Of a stretch of 64,000 nucleotides of DNA, positions 51,894 to 61,827 are shown piece after piece (the stretch's first letter is position 1; the number at the start of each line of letters is the position of its first letter). The translations under genes were made by a program, and so were the position numbers. The notes beneath the pieces are model-generated. The model saw nothing but the letters and a program-made list of their open reading frames with translations. It made no database searches and had not been told where the DNA came from. The stretch is from Nitrosopumilus sp. Its GTDB lineage: Archaea; Thermoproteota; Nitrososphaeria; Nitrososphaerales; Nitrosopumilaceae. The DNA lies in the NCBI GenBank assembly GCA_965238275.1, contig OZ250186.1:1568001-1632000 (forward strand), given 5' to 3'.

Positions 51894-53210
51894 TATCAGC
51901 CACCGCTCGTCCAGCCTGAAGAAGTTCCTGTAGCTTGCCCTGATGGAGTCGCCGGGGGTGCCAAACGAGCCCCCCCTCAGAACCTTCTGGTTTGTAAACC
52001 ACTTGTCGTTGTACTCGTCAAACCCCGACTCAAACCCCGGATACCCTGTAAACTCAGACGAGGTCCACTCCCATACGTCCCCTATCATCTGCTGGCACCC
52101 GTAGTGGCTGGCACCGCTCCTCCCGTACGCGCCTGCCTCTGCACATCCCCAGACGTACGACTCCAGCAGGTTGCACCGCTCCGGGGTGGGCAGCTGATCC
52201 CCCCACGGGTATGCAGTCTTTGCCTGCGCCTTCTCGCTCCAGCATGCAGCCTTCTCCCACTCGGCCTCCGTGGGAAGCCTTCTTCCTGCCCACTTGCAGT
52301 ACGCGTCTGCCTCGTAAAAACTGACGTGGCACACCGGCTCGTCCGGGTTGATACCCCTGATTCCGCGAAAGTCCCTCACGCTCCACTGGCCGTCGACCTT
52401 CTTCTTCTCCCAGTACATCGGGGCGCTCCATCCGTTCCCCTTGACCTTCTCCCATCCGTCTGAGAGCCAGTACTTGTATGTCTCGTATCCGCCGTCCTCT
52501 ACAAACTCCAGAAACTGCCCGTTTGTCACCGGGAGTACGTCCATGGTGTACTCCTCCAGGTACACCCTGTGCTCGGGCAGCTCTATGTCATAGCAGTAGC
52601 CGTCCCCCCCGTGCCCCATGGTGTAGATGCCTCCGCCAATCCGCACCGAGCCTGCCTGTACTCTGCCCCCCTTGGGGGCGCTGTTTCTTCTTGCCGGCCT
52701 GTACTGCTCTGCCAGAAGGTGCTGCAGGTCGTACACCAGCAGCTCCTGGTGCTGGCACTCGTGGTGGAATCCCATGGTGATCAGCCTGGCGTCATCTCCG
52801 TCCATGTCGTGCGTCCGGATGAAATCCTCGACCCTCTTGGTAACCATCCCAAAGTATTCGAAGATCTGCTCTGTCGTGGGCCTTGAAATGACGCCGCGCA
52901 GCCCCTTGTCGTGCGGGACCCCGAACTGCTGATAGTACGAATTAAGGTACTCTGAAAACTCTTCTGAATAAAACTCATAGCCTGGATCCAGCTTGCTCAT
53001 GATGGCCTCGTAGATCCAGCTGACATGGCCCACATGCCACTTTGGGGGGCTCATAAAGACGGCCGTCTGCACCACAAAGTCATCCTTTTCCAGCGTCTTT
53101 ACAAGCTCCAGAGTCCTCTGTCTTGTCCTCCTGAACATGTCCAAAAGGGGTTCTCTGTCCTGTAGTACGGTGCCGCTGCTGCTGCTGCTGCTGCTGCTGC
53201 TGCCTGCCAA
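51870..53210 (-). CDS. egtB: Ergothioneine sulfoxide synthase
   Basis: SPPKWHVGH, NSYY, HECQHQE, FGE-sulfatase domain RLPTEAEWE...GFRC; adjacent to egtD. Confidence 0.93.
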   Translation of the reverse strand: MAGSSSSSSSSSGTVLQDREPLLDMFRRTRQRTLELVKTLEKDDFVVQTAVFMSPPKWHVGHVSWIYEAIMSKLDPGYEFYSEEFSEYLNSYYQQFGVPHDKGLRGVISRPTTEQIFEYFGMVTKRVEDFIRTHDMDGDDARLITMGFHHECQHQELLVYDLQHLLAEQYRPARRNSAPKGGRVQAGSVRIGGGIYTMGHGGDGYCYDIELPEHRVYLEEYTMDVLPVTNGQFLEFVEDGGYETYKYWLSDGWEKVKGNGWSAPMYWEKKKVDGQWSVRDFRGIRGINPDEPVCHVSFYEADAYCKWAGRRLPTEAEWEKAACWSEKAQAKTAYPWGDQLPTPERCNLLESYVWGCAEAGAYGRSGASHYGCQQMIGDVWEWTSSEFTGYPGFESGFDEYNDKWFTNQKVLRGGSFGTPGDSIRASYRNFFRLDERWLISGFRCAG

Positions 53211-53273
53211 CGTTTTCCCCCAAACAGCTCCATTATTATGTCTGATCCCGGATCCCCTGTCCGCCGGATACTG

Positions 53274-54728
53274 TCAGTATCCCCTTGCGAGAACCGGCCG
53301 TGATGCTGCCTGCCTATGGCAGCACATGCATGTATGATCAGGGCCCGCACCCTCCGACGGAATGAGCCTGATCTCGGCACCCGTGTCGTCCTTGATCTGT
53401 TTTTCACACTCTGCCCTGCCGCACCATGGCACGACAAAGAATCCTCCGCCGCTCTTCATCCTCTCCTTGAACTCCGCATAGTCTGTCACTCCGAAGGTGT
53501 TTGCCTCTGCCTGCTCCTGCGCCTTTCTGAACATGTCCTTCTGGATCTCCTCAAGAATTCCCGGAATCCTTTCAGTCTCTGCAATGCCGATGCTGCACTT
53601 TTCATGGCTGTGCCTCCTTACTACCTGCATGCTCTGTTCCTGGATGTCCCGCGGGCCTATCTCGATTCGTATGGGAACCCCCCTCATCTCCCAGTCGTTA
53701 AACTTGTATCCTGGCGAGAATCCGTCCCTGTCATCCAGGTGCACCCTGACTCCCCTTGATGCTAGGTCCCTCCTGATCCCTCCGGCCTTCTCCATCACAG
53801 TCTTTTTTGCAGTATCGTTCCTGTATATTGGCACTATTACTGCCTGTATCGGGGCAACCTTGGGGGGCAGCACCAGGCCCTGGTCGTCCCCGTGCACCAT
53901 GATCATCGCACCGATCAGCCTCCATGAGACGCCCCATGATGTCTGCCATGCAAAATGCTCCACGTTGTCCTTGTCTGCAAACTTTACCTCAAAGGGTATG
54001 GAGAAGTTCTGTCCCAGAAAGTGGGACGTTCCCATCTGCAGCGCCTTTCCGTCAGGCATTATCGACTCTATGGTGTCCGTATACATGGAGCCTACAAACT
54101 TTTCATTCTCGCTCTTCCTTCCTGCAATGACTGGGATTGCCAGCTGTTCCTGGACGGTATCCCTGTATATCTCCAGTATCCTTGAGACCTCCTCTTCTGC
54201 CTCCTCCTGGGTTGCGTGTACTGTGTGCCCCTCCTGCCACAGAAACTCTGAGGTCCTGAGGAACGGCTTTGTTGCCTTGATCTCCGCCCTCAGGGCAGTG
54301 TTCCAAAAGTTGATCTTCAGCGGCAGGTCCCTCCAGCTCTGGATCCACTTTGCGTACATGGTGTATGCCAGCGTCTCTGAAGTCGGCCTTAGCGCAAGCC
54401 TGTCCCCTATGGCGTCCTCCCCTGAGTGAGTCACCCAGAACACCTCCGGATTGAACCCTGCAAAATGCTTCTTCTCCCTTCCAAGGAGCGATTCGGGAAT
54501 CAGTATGGGCAGGAATCCGTTTCTGACTCCCTCTGCTGCAAACCTTTCATCAAACCTGACCCTTAGCGACTCCCAGATGGAGTATCCGTCAGGCCTTAAA
54601 ACGATGAGTCCCTTGACAGGCGCATAGTCTGCAAGCTCTGCCTTTTGGACCACCTGGGTGTACCACTCGCTAAAGTCTTCCTTCTTTGAGACTGTGATGC
54701 CTACGTCCTCCTTGTTCAACCCAACCAT
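53274..54728 (-). CDS. proS: Prolyl-tRNA synthetase
   Basis: FSEWY, RPTSET, FLRTSEFLWQEGH, TSWGVS, C-terminal GY. Confidence 0.97.
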   Translation of the reverse strand: MVGLNKEDVGITVSKKEDFSEWYTQVVQKAELADYAPVKGLIVLRPDGYSIWESLRVRFDERFAAEGVRNGFLPILIPESLLGREKKHFAGFNPEVFWVTHSGEDAIGDRLALRPTSETLAYTMYAKWIQSWRDLPLKINFWNTALRAEIKATKPFLRTSEFLWQEGHTVHATQEEAEEEVSRILEIYRDTVQEQLAIPVIAGRKSENEKFVGSMYTDTIESIMPDGKALQMGTSHFLGQNFSIPFEVKFADKDNVEHFAWQTSWGVSWRLIGAMIMVHGDDQGLVLPPKVAPIQAVIVPIYRNDTAKKTVMEKAGGIRRDLASRGVRVHLDDRDGFSPGYKFNDWEMRGVPIRIEIGPRDIQEQSMQVVRRHSHEKCSIGIAETERIPGILEEIQKDMFRKAQEQAEANTFGVTDYAEFKERMKSGGGFFVVPWCGRAECEKQIKDDTGAEIRLIPSEGAGPDHTCMCCHRQAASRPVLARGY

Positions 54729-54764
54729 CTGCGGAATAATTTAACTAATGAGCCTTTCGTAGAT

Positions 54765-55049
54765 TTACAGCGGATCGCCCTTGCACAGGACCACGCCCTT
54801 GACCCTGCTCTGGAAGTTCGGGCACACAAAGCACTTGACAAAATGCGTCTCCTCTTTGAAGACCGGACAGTCCACAAACTCCATCTTCATCTTTTTGAGC
54901 ATCTTTGGGCTGACGCCCTTTAGCTTCAGCTTGCCCTTCTCGTCCATCATTCCTGATGCCTTGAGTTCCGCCTTGAGGCTGTCATCCATCTTCTGCCTCT
55001 TCTCGGTTTTTTCAACCTTTACTTCGAACCTGTGTTCCAACTCGCCCAT
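54765..55049 (-). CDS. Hypothetical Cys-containing protein
   Basis: DCP...CFVC...C; directly upstream of proS. Confidence 0.7.
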   Translation of the reverse strand: MGELEHRFEVKVEKTEKRQKMDDSLKAELKASGMMDEKGKLKLKGVSPKMLKKMKMEFVDCPVFKEETHFVKCFVCPNFQSRVKGVVLCKGDPL

Positions 55050-55193
55050 GCTGATTTCTCTGATGCCTGTGATTTATTGTTAACGATTCGGGGTGATGCA
55101 TCAGGACGCGCAGTCCTGCCTGGGATGCGGCCTGGCCTGCAGGCACAAATTCAAGCTTTGACATTTAATTATCGCAAAATCCAGGGCAAGACG

Positions 55194-55916
55194 GTGACGG
55201 ATTCCAATGAACATGTCTCCAAAGGAGACTCGCTTGCCAAACTGGGCAGACACGAGGAGGCCATACTGTGTTTCGATGAGGCGATACGAATGGAACCAAA
55301 CGATGCCGGTGCCTACAACTGCAAGGCGCTCTCGCTTGCCAAACTGGGCAGACACGAGGAGGCCATGCTGTTTTTCAATGCGGCAAAACGAATGGATTCA
55401 AGTGACGGCCGTGTCAGTTATGTCAAGGCATTCTCGCTTGCCAGACAAGACAGGCACGAGGAGGCCATCCTGGGCTACGATGACGTGCTGCGAATGGACC
55501 CAAACCTTGTCGTTGCGCATATCAGCAAGGGAATCTCGCTTGCCAAACTGGGCAGACACGAGGAGGCCGTCCTGTGCTACGATGAGGCAATTGGGACAGA
55601 ACCGAATCGTGCCAGCGCCCGTTACAACAAGGCGCTCTCGCTTGCCGAACTGGGCAGACACGAGGAGGCCATACTGTGTTTCAGCGAGGCAATACGGCTA
55701 GGACCAAATTACGTTCGCGCTTATATTGGCAAGGCGCTCTCGCTTGCCAAACAAAACAGACACGAGGAGGCCATACTGTGTTTTGATGAGGCAATACGAA
55801 TCGATCCAAACGATGCCGGTGCCTACAGCGGCAAGGCACTCTCGCTTGCCAAACTGGGCAGACACGAGGATGCAAAAAAGGCACATGCCCTGGCCAGGAA
55901 CAGGCGTGAATGTTGA
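55194..55916 (+). CDS. Tetratricopeptide repeat protein (~7 x 34 aa)
   Basis: SLAKLGRHEEA repeated at a 102-bp period; GTG start inferred. Confidence 0.92.
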   Translation: MTDSNEHVSKGDSLAKLGRHEEAILCFDEAIRMEPNDAGAYNCKALSLAKLGRHEEAMLFFNAAKRMDSSDGRVSYVKAFSLARQDRHEEAILGYDDVLRMDPNLVVAHISKGISLAKLGRHEEAVLCYDEAIGTEPNRASARYNKALSLAELGRHEEAILCFSEAIRLGPNYVRAYIGKALSLAKQNRHEEAILCFDEAIRIDPNDAGAYSGKALSLAKLGRHEDAKKAHALARNRREC

Positions 55917-55927
55917 GATGATCTCAC

Positions 55928-56182
55928 ATGAGACCTTGCAGGCGCGGGCAACCACGAAACAGAGGCAAGTATTTCTGGCAGGCCTTCCTGTATACTGTAT
56001 TGTCTCCGGGTAGCTTGATAGCAATAGCAGCAGCCATTGGTGGTGGATTTATGCTTGTGCGTGGCCTACTTCCGACCATTTCGGGCGAAACGATTAATCT
56101 GGAATTTGCCGGGGTGGGGGCCATCATAATGGTGCTGGGCGTTGCTGTGTTGAAAAAAAGGAATTCCAGAAAGAAAAGATAA
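55928..56182 (+). CDS. Small two-TM membrane protein
   Basis: Two hydrophobic helices and a basic tail. Confidence 0.5.
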   Translation: MRPCRRGQPRNRGKYFWQAFLYTVLSPGSLIAIAAAIGGGFMLVRGLLPTISGETINLEFAGVGAIIMVLGVAVLKKRNSRKKR

Positions 56183-56433
56183 GGCCCTGACCGCCTTTAC
56201 TGAGGCCGGCATCATCTCTGATTCCATGTGACAATGCGACTTGTCTTGACGCCGGGCACGGGATTCCCCACAGGCATCCGTTTTCCTTCTATCCCTTAAA
56301 CCAAAACCCCCCACAGGCATCATGGCGATGGCGCCGTCAGGCCGTTCCTGCGGGGACACCGTTCCAATGTGGTGATTTTTTATGACAAACCGACGGGGAC
56401 CGGAAGATAAACTTTAATATTCTTAGAAATTTT

Positions 56434-57102
56434 TTGCAGACCAGAGATCAGTTGCTTGTAATTTTTGACGTTGAGGGTGTTTTGTACGACGAGGAATACC
56501 TTCCCATCCTTGCCGAGAAGATGAACAAGGAGGACGAGATCTGGAAGATCACAAAGGAGGGAATCCAGGGGAAGATCAACTGGGAGGATGGCCTGCGGAC
56601 GCGCATTGCAGCACTGAGGGGGCTGGATGAGAAGACATGCCGGGATGTGTCTGACTCGCTGCCAATAATGACCGGTGCCAAGAAGGCATGCCAGGTACTC
56701 AAGGCTGCCGGGTGGAAGATCATGGCAGTCTCAGGCGGCTTTACAATAATGATGGAGCGGCTTCAAAAGGAGCTGGGAATCGACTACATATTTTCAAACG
56801 AGCTCGTATTCAAGGACGGGAAGCTTGACGGCGTCAAAATCAGCGTAGACTCTGACAAGTCAAAATCTGCGCTAATAAAGATAGCCGAATGGCAGGAGAA
56901 AAAAGAAGACATCGTGTGCGTGGTGGATGGCGCCAACGACGTAAAACTCTTCGAGATATGCAGCCTGAGCATCGCGTACAGGGCGCAGGACCTCGTCAAG
57001 GATCTGGCAACCTCCACGCTTGAGGAAAAAGACCTGTCCGGAATCCTGGGAATAATCAACAAGCACTACGGACTGAACCTGGGTTCCGGGACTGCCGCAT
57101 AA
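56434..57102 (+). CDS. serB: Phosphoserine phosphatase (HAD family)
   Basis: FDVEGVL, VSGGF, DGAND. Confidence 0.85.
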   Translation: MQTRDQLLVIFDVEGVLYDEEYLPILAEKMNKEDEIWKITKEGIQGKINWEDGLRTRIAALRGLDEKTCRDVSDSLPIMTGAKKACQVLKAAGWKIMAVSGGFTIMMERLQKELGIDYIFSNELVFKDGKLDGVKISVDSDKSKSALIKIAEWQEKKEDIVCVVDGANDVKLFEICSLSIAYRAQDLVKDLATSTLEEKDLSGILGIINKHYGLNLGSGTAA

Positions 57103-57131
57103 ACAATTTTTACCCGACCGCCCCAGATGGT

Positions 57132-57860
57132 ATGATGCAGGTAATTCCGGTCCATATTCCAAGGGAGATTGAACCGTCTGATGACCTGCCTGGAATAATA
57201 TCCGAGCATGCTGCCGTGCGTGACGGGGACGTGATAGTCGTTGCCCAAAAGATTGTCTCAAAGCAGGAGGGCCGGACGGTTCGCCTCTCGTCTGTAACCC
57301 CGACACTGCTCTCTGAGGGGATAGCCTCCCAGTACCAAAAGGATCCCCGCATAATAGAACTGATCCTCTCCGAGTCCAGGCGCATCGTACGGATGGGCGA
57401 CGGCATCATAATAGTCCAGACAAACTCCGGATTCATCTGCGCAAACGCAGGAATTGACCAGAGCAATGTAAAGTGCGGCTACGTGACGCTTCTTCCGGCC
57501 GACTCTGATGAATCGGCAAAAAGAATCCGCAGGGGCATAAAAGAGAGAACCGGCATGAGCGTTGCAGTAATCATCTCCGATACGTTTGGACGTCCGCATC
57601 GAATGGGGCAGACCAACTGCGCCATCGGAATATCCGGGATGAATCCCATCTTGGACTATGCAGGAACCATGGACTCCTTTGGAAACGTCCTGCGGGTCAC
57701 TGCCATTGCAGTATCTGACGAGCTTGCCTCCGCTGCAGAGCTGGTCATGGCAAAGGCCTCAGGATGCCCGGTTGCAGTCATTCGCGGGTACAGGTTTGAG
57801 GCGGGGAGCCGTCTTGCCGGCGACCTGATACGGCCCAAAGCAGACGACCTGTTTGGATGA
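57132..57860 (+). CDS. cofE: Coenzyme F420-0:L-glutamate ligase
   Basis: KIVSKQEG, ANAGIDQSN, SDTFGRP, DELASAA, DLF. Confidence 0.95.
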   Translation: MMQVIPVHIPREIEPSDDLPGIISEHAAVRDGDVIVVAQKIVSKQEGRTVRLSSVTPTLLSEGIASQYQKDPRIIELILSESRRIVRMGDGIIIVQTNSGFICANAGIDQSNVKCGYVTLLPADSDESAKRIRRGIKERTGMSVAVIISDTFGRPHRMGQTNCAIGISGMNPILDYAGTMDSFGNVLRVTAIAVSDELASAAELVMAKASGCPVAVIRGYRFEAGSRLAGDLIRPKADDLFG

Positions 57861-58004
57861 TTCCCCTTTGGGACAGCCTGCAATCCACTCTATGCCGTGC
57901 AGGGACATCTGCCTGACCTGAAAACCCACGAACAAACCGGCAGCATGGGCAAACAACAGCTGGGAACTGCCCCTTCCCCTACCGGCATTTTCGTCTCTTG
58001 GCGC

Positions 58005-58823
58005 CTATCCTTGCGCCTTTTCCAGAAACTCGTGCAGATCCTTTGAGGGCTCCGGAAACTGCGGATTCATATCCCTTAGCGCACCGGCTATGATCTGCCC
58101 TACGACCCAGTTGCGGTACCACTTGTTGTCTGACGGTACCACATACCACGGGGCCCACTGGGTGCTGCACCTTTCCAGCACCTGTTCGAATGCCTCCATG
58201 TGCCTGTCCCAGTGCTTTCGCTCCTCAAAGTCTGCCTTGCTGAACTTCCAGTGCTTCAGGGGATTGTTGACCCTCTTGTCCAGCTTTCTCTTCTGCTCGT
58301 CCTTGCTTATGTGCAGGTAAAACTTGATGGTCCTGATGCCGTCGTCCCTGAGCATCTTCTCAAAGTTGTTGATGTGCTCGTACCTCTTTTTCCATCTCTC
58401 CTCCGGCAGGAGGCCGTGCACGCCGACTGCCAGGATGTCGCCGTAGTGCGACCTGTTGAATATCGTGATCTCTCCATGCGCCGGTGCCACCCTGTGAATG
58501 CGCCACAAAAAGTCGTGCCTTATCTCCACTGAGTTTGGGACCCGGAACGAGACCACCCTGCACCCTTGGGGGTTGAACCCCTGCATGGCATCCCGTATGG
58601 TGCCGTCCTTGCCCCCTGCGTCCATTGCCTGTAAAACGATCAGCAGCGCCTGCTTGCTCTCTGCAAAAAGCCGGGTCTGAAGGTCAAACAGCTCCAGATG
58701 TATATCGTCGAGTTCCTTTTTTGCCTGCTTCTTTGTCAGATCCCCGCCGTATCCTGCGTCCATCTTGTTCAGGCTAACCTTGGTGCCCGGCTCCACGCAA
58801 AAATCTGACTCGTTAAAGGCCAA
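58005..58823 (-). CDS. ppk2: Polyphosphate kinase 2 (class III-like)
   Basis: QAMDAGGKDG, HDFLWR, FNRSHY, APWYVVP.D.KWYRN. Confidence 0.92.
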   Translation of the reverse strand: MAFNESDFCVEPGTKVSLNKMDAGYGGDLTKKQAKKELDDIHLELFDLQTRLFAESKQALLIVLQAMDAGGKDGTIRDAMQGFNPQGCRVVSFRVPNSVEIRHDFLWRIHRVAPAHGEITIFNRSHYGDILAVGVHGLLPEERWKKRYEHINNFEKMLRDDGIRTIKFYLHISKDEQKRKLDKRVNNPLKHWKFSKADFEERKHWDRHMEAFEQVLERCSTQWAPWYVVPSDNKWYRNWVVGQIIAGALRDMNPQFPEPSKDLHEFLEKAQG

Positions 58824-58987
58824 CCTGTCCTGTCTGTTCTACAGCATGTGTTATAAGCATGCCTTCAGCAGTTCATATCCGCCGTTGCAACTGACAGGAT
58901 ATCGCAACGCAACGGGTGGCAAGTCAGCGGTCCAGGCAGCAACCATTCAATAAGACTATTATCTTATGCCGGGGGAGTTTACTTGAA

Positions 58988-59951
58988 ATGCCTGTCCGCA
59001 CCGAACTGCATTGTCACAACTCATACTCGAACTTTCATCTTGGCAGCGACGATCCGCCGTATGACTGCGATATATCCATACGAGACCAGCTGGAGCGCTC
59101 CTACACACTGGGCCTTGATGCAATATTTGTCACAAACCACAACACGCTTGACGGATACTCGCAGATTCTGGAGTACAAAAACGACCATGAAAAGTTCAAA
59201 GACATCCGCGTCTTTCCGGCAGAGGAGGTTACGACTGATTCGGGGGCACACGTCATTGCATACGGGATACGCAAGACCATCCCTGCAGGACTCGGCATTG
59301 ACGAGATTGTCGACTGCGTAAGGCAGCAGGGCGGAGTCTCGTCTGCGCCCCATCCGTTCAGCCTGCTTGATGCCCTGCGCGAGGATGCAGGAAAATGCGA
59401 CATGGTTGAGGTCTTTAACAGCAACAACGTGGATGTGATCTCAAATGCGCGTGCCACGCAGTTTGCACTGGACAGGGGCATGACCCGGGTGGCCGGGAGC
59501 GACTCGCACATACTGTCAACCCTGGGGCGGTGCGTAAATGTCATAGATTCTGAGGATTCCCTTGACGATGTCCTGCACGGCATGCGGTCAACTATCAGAA
59601 CATGGATCCCGGATTCATGAAGGAGAGAAACCTGGGCACGGCAGGATAAGAATCGAGCAGACCGGATATGCCATGCAAAAGGAGATTCTTGGCCACCTCC
59701 GGTACAAGGTCAACAGCTCGCGGGAATACATGACAGAGTACATCTCTGAGCACTATCCAAACTCAAAATGGCTGCTGAATCTGATGCTGAGAATCTACGA
59801 TGCTGATCAGGACAGCCACCTGTGGGGAATGTTCTACAGGATCGCCCTTTACATCATGCGGAGGATATCAAAAAAGGTCAACTATCAGAACATGGATCCC
59901 GGATTCATGAAGGAGAGAAACCTGGCCACAATGTTTCGGATGGCGCTTTAG
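58988..59951 (+). pseudogene. PHP-domain phosphoesterase frameshifted by a 49-nt templated insertion
   Basis: ELHCH, TNHN, PHPF, EVFNS, GSDSH; 59586-59635 is identical to 59876-59925. Confidence 0.85.
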
Positions 59952-59996
59952 GACAAGCTCATCTTCCGTAGATTTTAATATGACAAAACACCTTCG

Positions 59997-60248
59997 ATGG
60001 ATGATATCATGTCTGAGACTGCCAAAAAACTGGATGCGACAGGACTGTTCTGCCCGGAACCCGTCTTTAGAACCAAGATAGAGATTGAGCGGATGCAGGT
60101 GGGCCATACCCTTACCGTCTCTGCTGATGATCCTGCAGCAGCAGCAGAGGACGACATCAGCCGCTGGGTCACAAGAAACGGCCACGAACTCCTTGACATG
60201 TCAAAGGACGGCGATGTCATAACGTTCCAGATTAAAAAGGTGAAGTAG
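59997..60248 (+). CDS. tusA: TusA/SirA sulfur carrier
   Basis: LDATGLFCPEP, ADDP..EDDI..W. Confidence 0.9.
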   Translation: MDDIMSETAKKLDATGLFCPEPVFRTKIEIERMQVGHTLTVSADDPAAAAEDDISRWVTRNGHELLDMSKDGDVITFQIKKVK

Positions 60249-60255
60249 CCGCACC

Positions 60256-61245
60256 ATGACCCTCGTCAACACCTCTGTCCTGAACCGTGTGGGAAACACG
60301 CCGCTTGTTCCACTTGACTCCCTGTCTGAGGGTGCCACAACATACCATGCAAAGCTGGAAGGGCACAACCCCTTTGGCTCCGTAAAGGACAGGGCCGCCC
60401 TCTGGATGATACGGGACGGCGAGGAGAGGGGGATCCTGACTCCCGGCAAGAGCATCATAATCGAGCCCACATCCGGCAACACGGGAATCGCACTGACCGG
60501 GATAGCAAGCATTCTGGGATACAAGACAGAGGTCGTGGTGCCAGAGAAGGTAAGCAACGAGACCAAGGAGATCATAAGGGCCCTTGGCGCCAAGGTCTTT
60601 GAGACCAGTGATGATCTGTGTCCCAAGGTCGGGCCGGGCACAGACCAGAGCATCGCCCTTGCCACATCCATTGCATCCTCAAGGCCTGACACGTACTACT
60701 CCCCCAACCAGTATGCAAACGAGGCCAACTTCAAAGGCCACTACGTGGGAACAGGCCCCGAGATATGGAAGCAGACTGACGGCAAGGTAACCCATTTCTT
60801 TACGGGCGTGGGAACCGGCGGCACGATCACCGGAGTCGGCGCGTTCCTCAAGGAACAAAACCCCGACGTAAAGATAATCGGCTGCCAGCCGCAAAAGGAC
60901 CACCTGATTCAGGGATGGCGAAACTTTGAAGAGTCGGCAAAGCCTGATCTGTTCTTGAAGCGCGAGGGCGTGGTTGACGACTGGATAAGCGTGGATAACG
61001 AGGAGGCCTTTTCGGTGGTGCGCGAAGTCTTTGAAAGGGACCGCCTCTTAATCAGCCCCTCGTCTGCAGCAGTATACGCATGCATGAAAAAGTATCCCGT
61101 GCAGGGAGATGCGTGCGTGGTCGGAATCTTTGCAGACGACGGAAGAAAGTTCAAAAGCGTCTATTCCTCCCTTGGGGTCATGACTCCAGACGAGTTTGAC
61201 GATGCGCTAAAGGGCGCACAGCACATGTCAGAACTGGCATACTAG
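60256..61245 (+). CDS. PLP-dependent cysteine synthase family protein
   Basis: GNTPL, NPFGSVKDR, PTSGNTG, NQY.N, GTGGT. Confidence 0.92.
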   Translation: MTLVNTSVLNRVGNTPLVPLDSLSEGATTYHAKLEGHNPFGSVKDRAALWMIRDGEERGILTPGKSIIIEPTSGNTGIALTGIASILGYKTEVVVPEKVSNETKEIIRALGAKVFETSDDLCPKVGPGTDQSIALATSIASSRPDTYYSPNQYANEANFKGHYVGTGPEIWKQTDGKVTHFFTGVGTGGTITGVGAFLKEQNPDVKIIGCQPQKDHLIQGWRNFEESAKPDLFLKREGVVDDWISVDNEEAFSVVREVFERDRLLISPSSAAVYACMKKYPVQGDACVVGIFADDGRKFKSVYSSLGVMTPDEFDDALKGAQHMSELAY

Positions 61246-61712
61246 CCTGCAGCCATTCCACTCAGGTTCTTCTCGTAAAACTCCCTGAACATCTGGTTCA
61301 TGTCCCTTTCATGGCGGAGGCATTCCTGGCTCTGCCGGAACAGCCTGTCTCTTACATCCCTGCTCCACTTGCTCTGCTGCCTGTCCTTGGAATCCACTAT
61401 GGACGGGTTTGCCATAACCTCCTCCATCGTCTTGACGAGGGACGAGGCCAGCTGGCGCATCCGGCCCGTCCTCAGCAGAAACATCTGCGACTCCTCCTTG
61501 TTTACAAGTCCCATGACAGAGTATGCCTGGGCGTAGTACTCCATGCTAGTCTTGATGTATCCATCAAAGCCTGTTATTCTTTTCTCCCAGTATTTTTTGG
61601 ACGGCTTTTCCTTCACCTTGTAGCTGAACCTGATCTCCTGCAGTTCCCTTGAGAGTTCTGCAAGCCTCTGGCTGCACTGTATGACGGCCTCTTTTAATTC
61701 CGAATTATCCAC
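61242..61712 (-). CDS. Hypothetical helical protein
   Basis: 156-aa ORF with host-like codon style. Confidence 0.7.
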   Translation of the reverse strand: MDNSELKEAVIQCSQRLAELSRELQEIRFSYKVKEKPSKKYWEKRITGFDGYIKTSMEYYAQAYSVMGLVNKEESQMFLLRTGRMRQLASSLVKTMEEVMANPSIVDSKDRQQSKWSRDVRDRLFRQSQECLRHERDMNQMFREFYEKNLSGMAAG

Positions 61713-61827
61713 ATGGCTGGAATGGTTTTTTCCTAATAAAGCGTTTAGCGTACTTTGAATCGTTATCTTGGCACGCAGACCCGGACTAATCTGGCGCAGG
61801 ATATCCTGTTATATTAGACATCGCGAC

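Noticed and set aside
55229-55870. Regularly spaced ~30-bp repeats resembling a CRISPR array
   Set aside because: The period is exactly 102 bp, in frame, and the spacers are homologous to each other: TPR coding repeats
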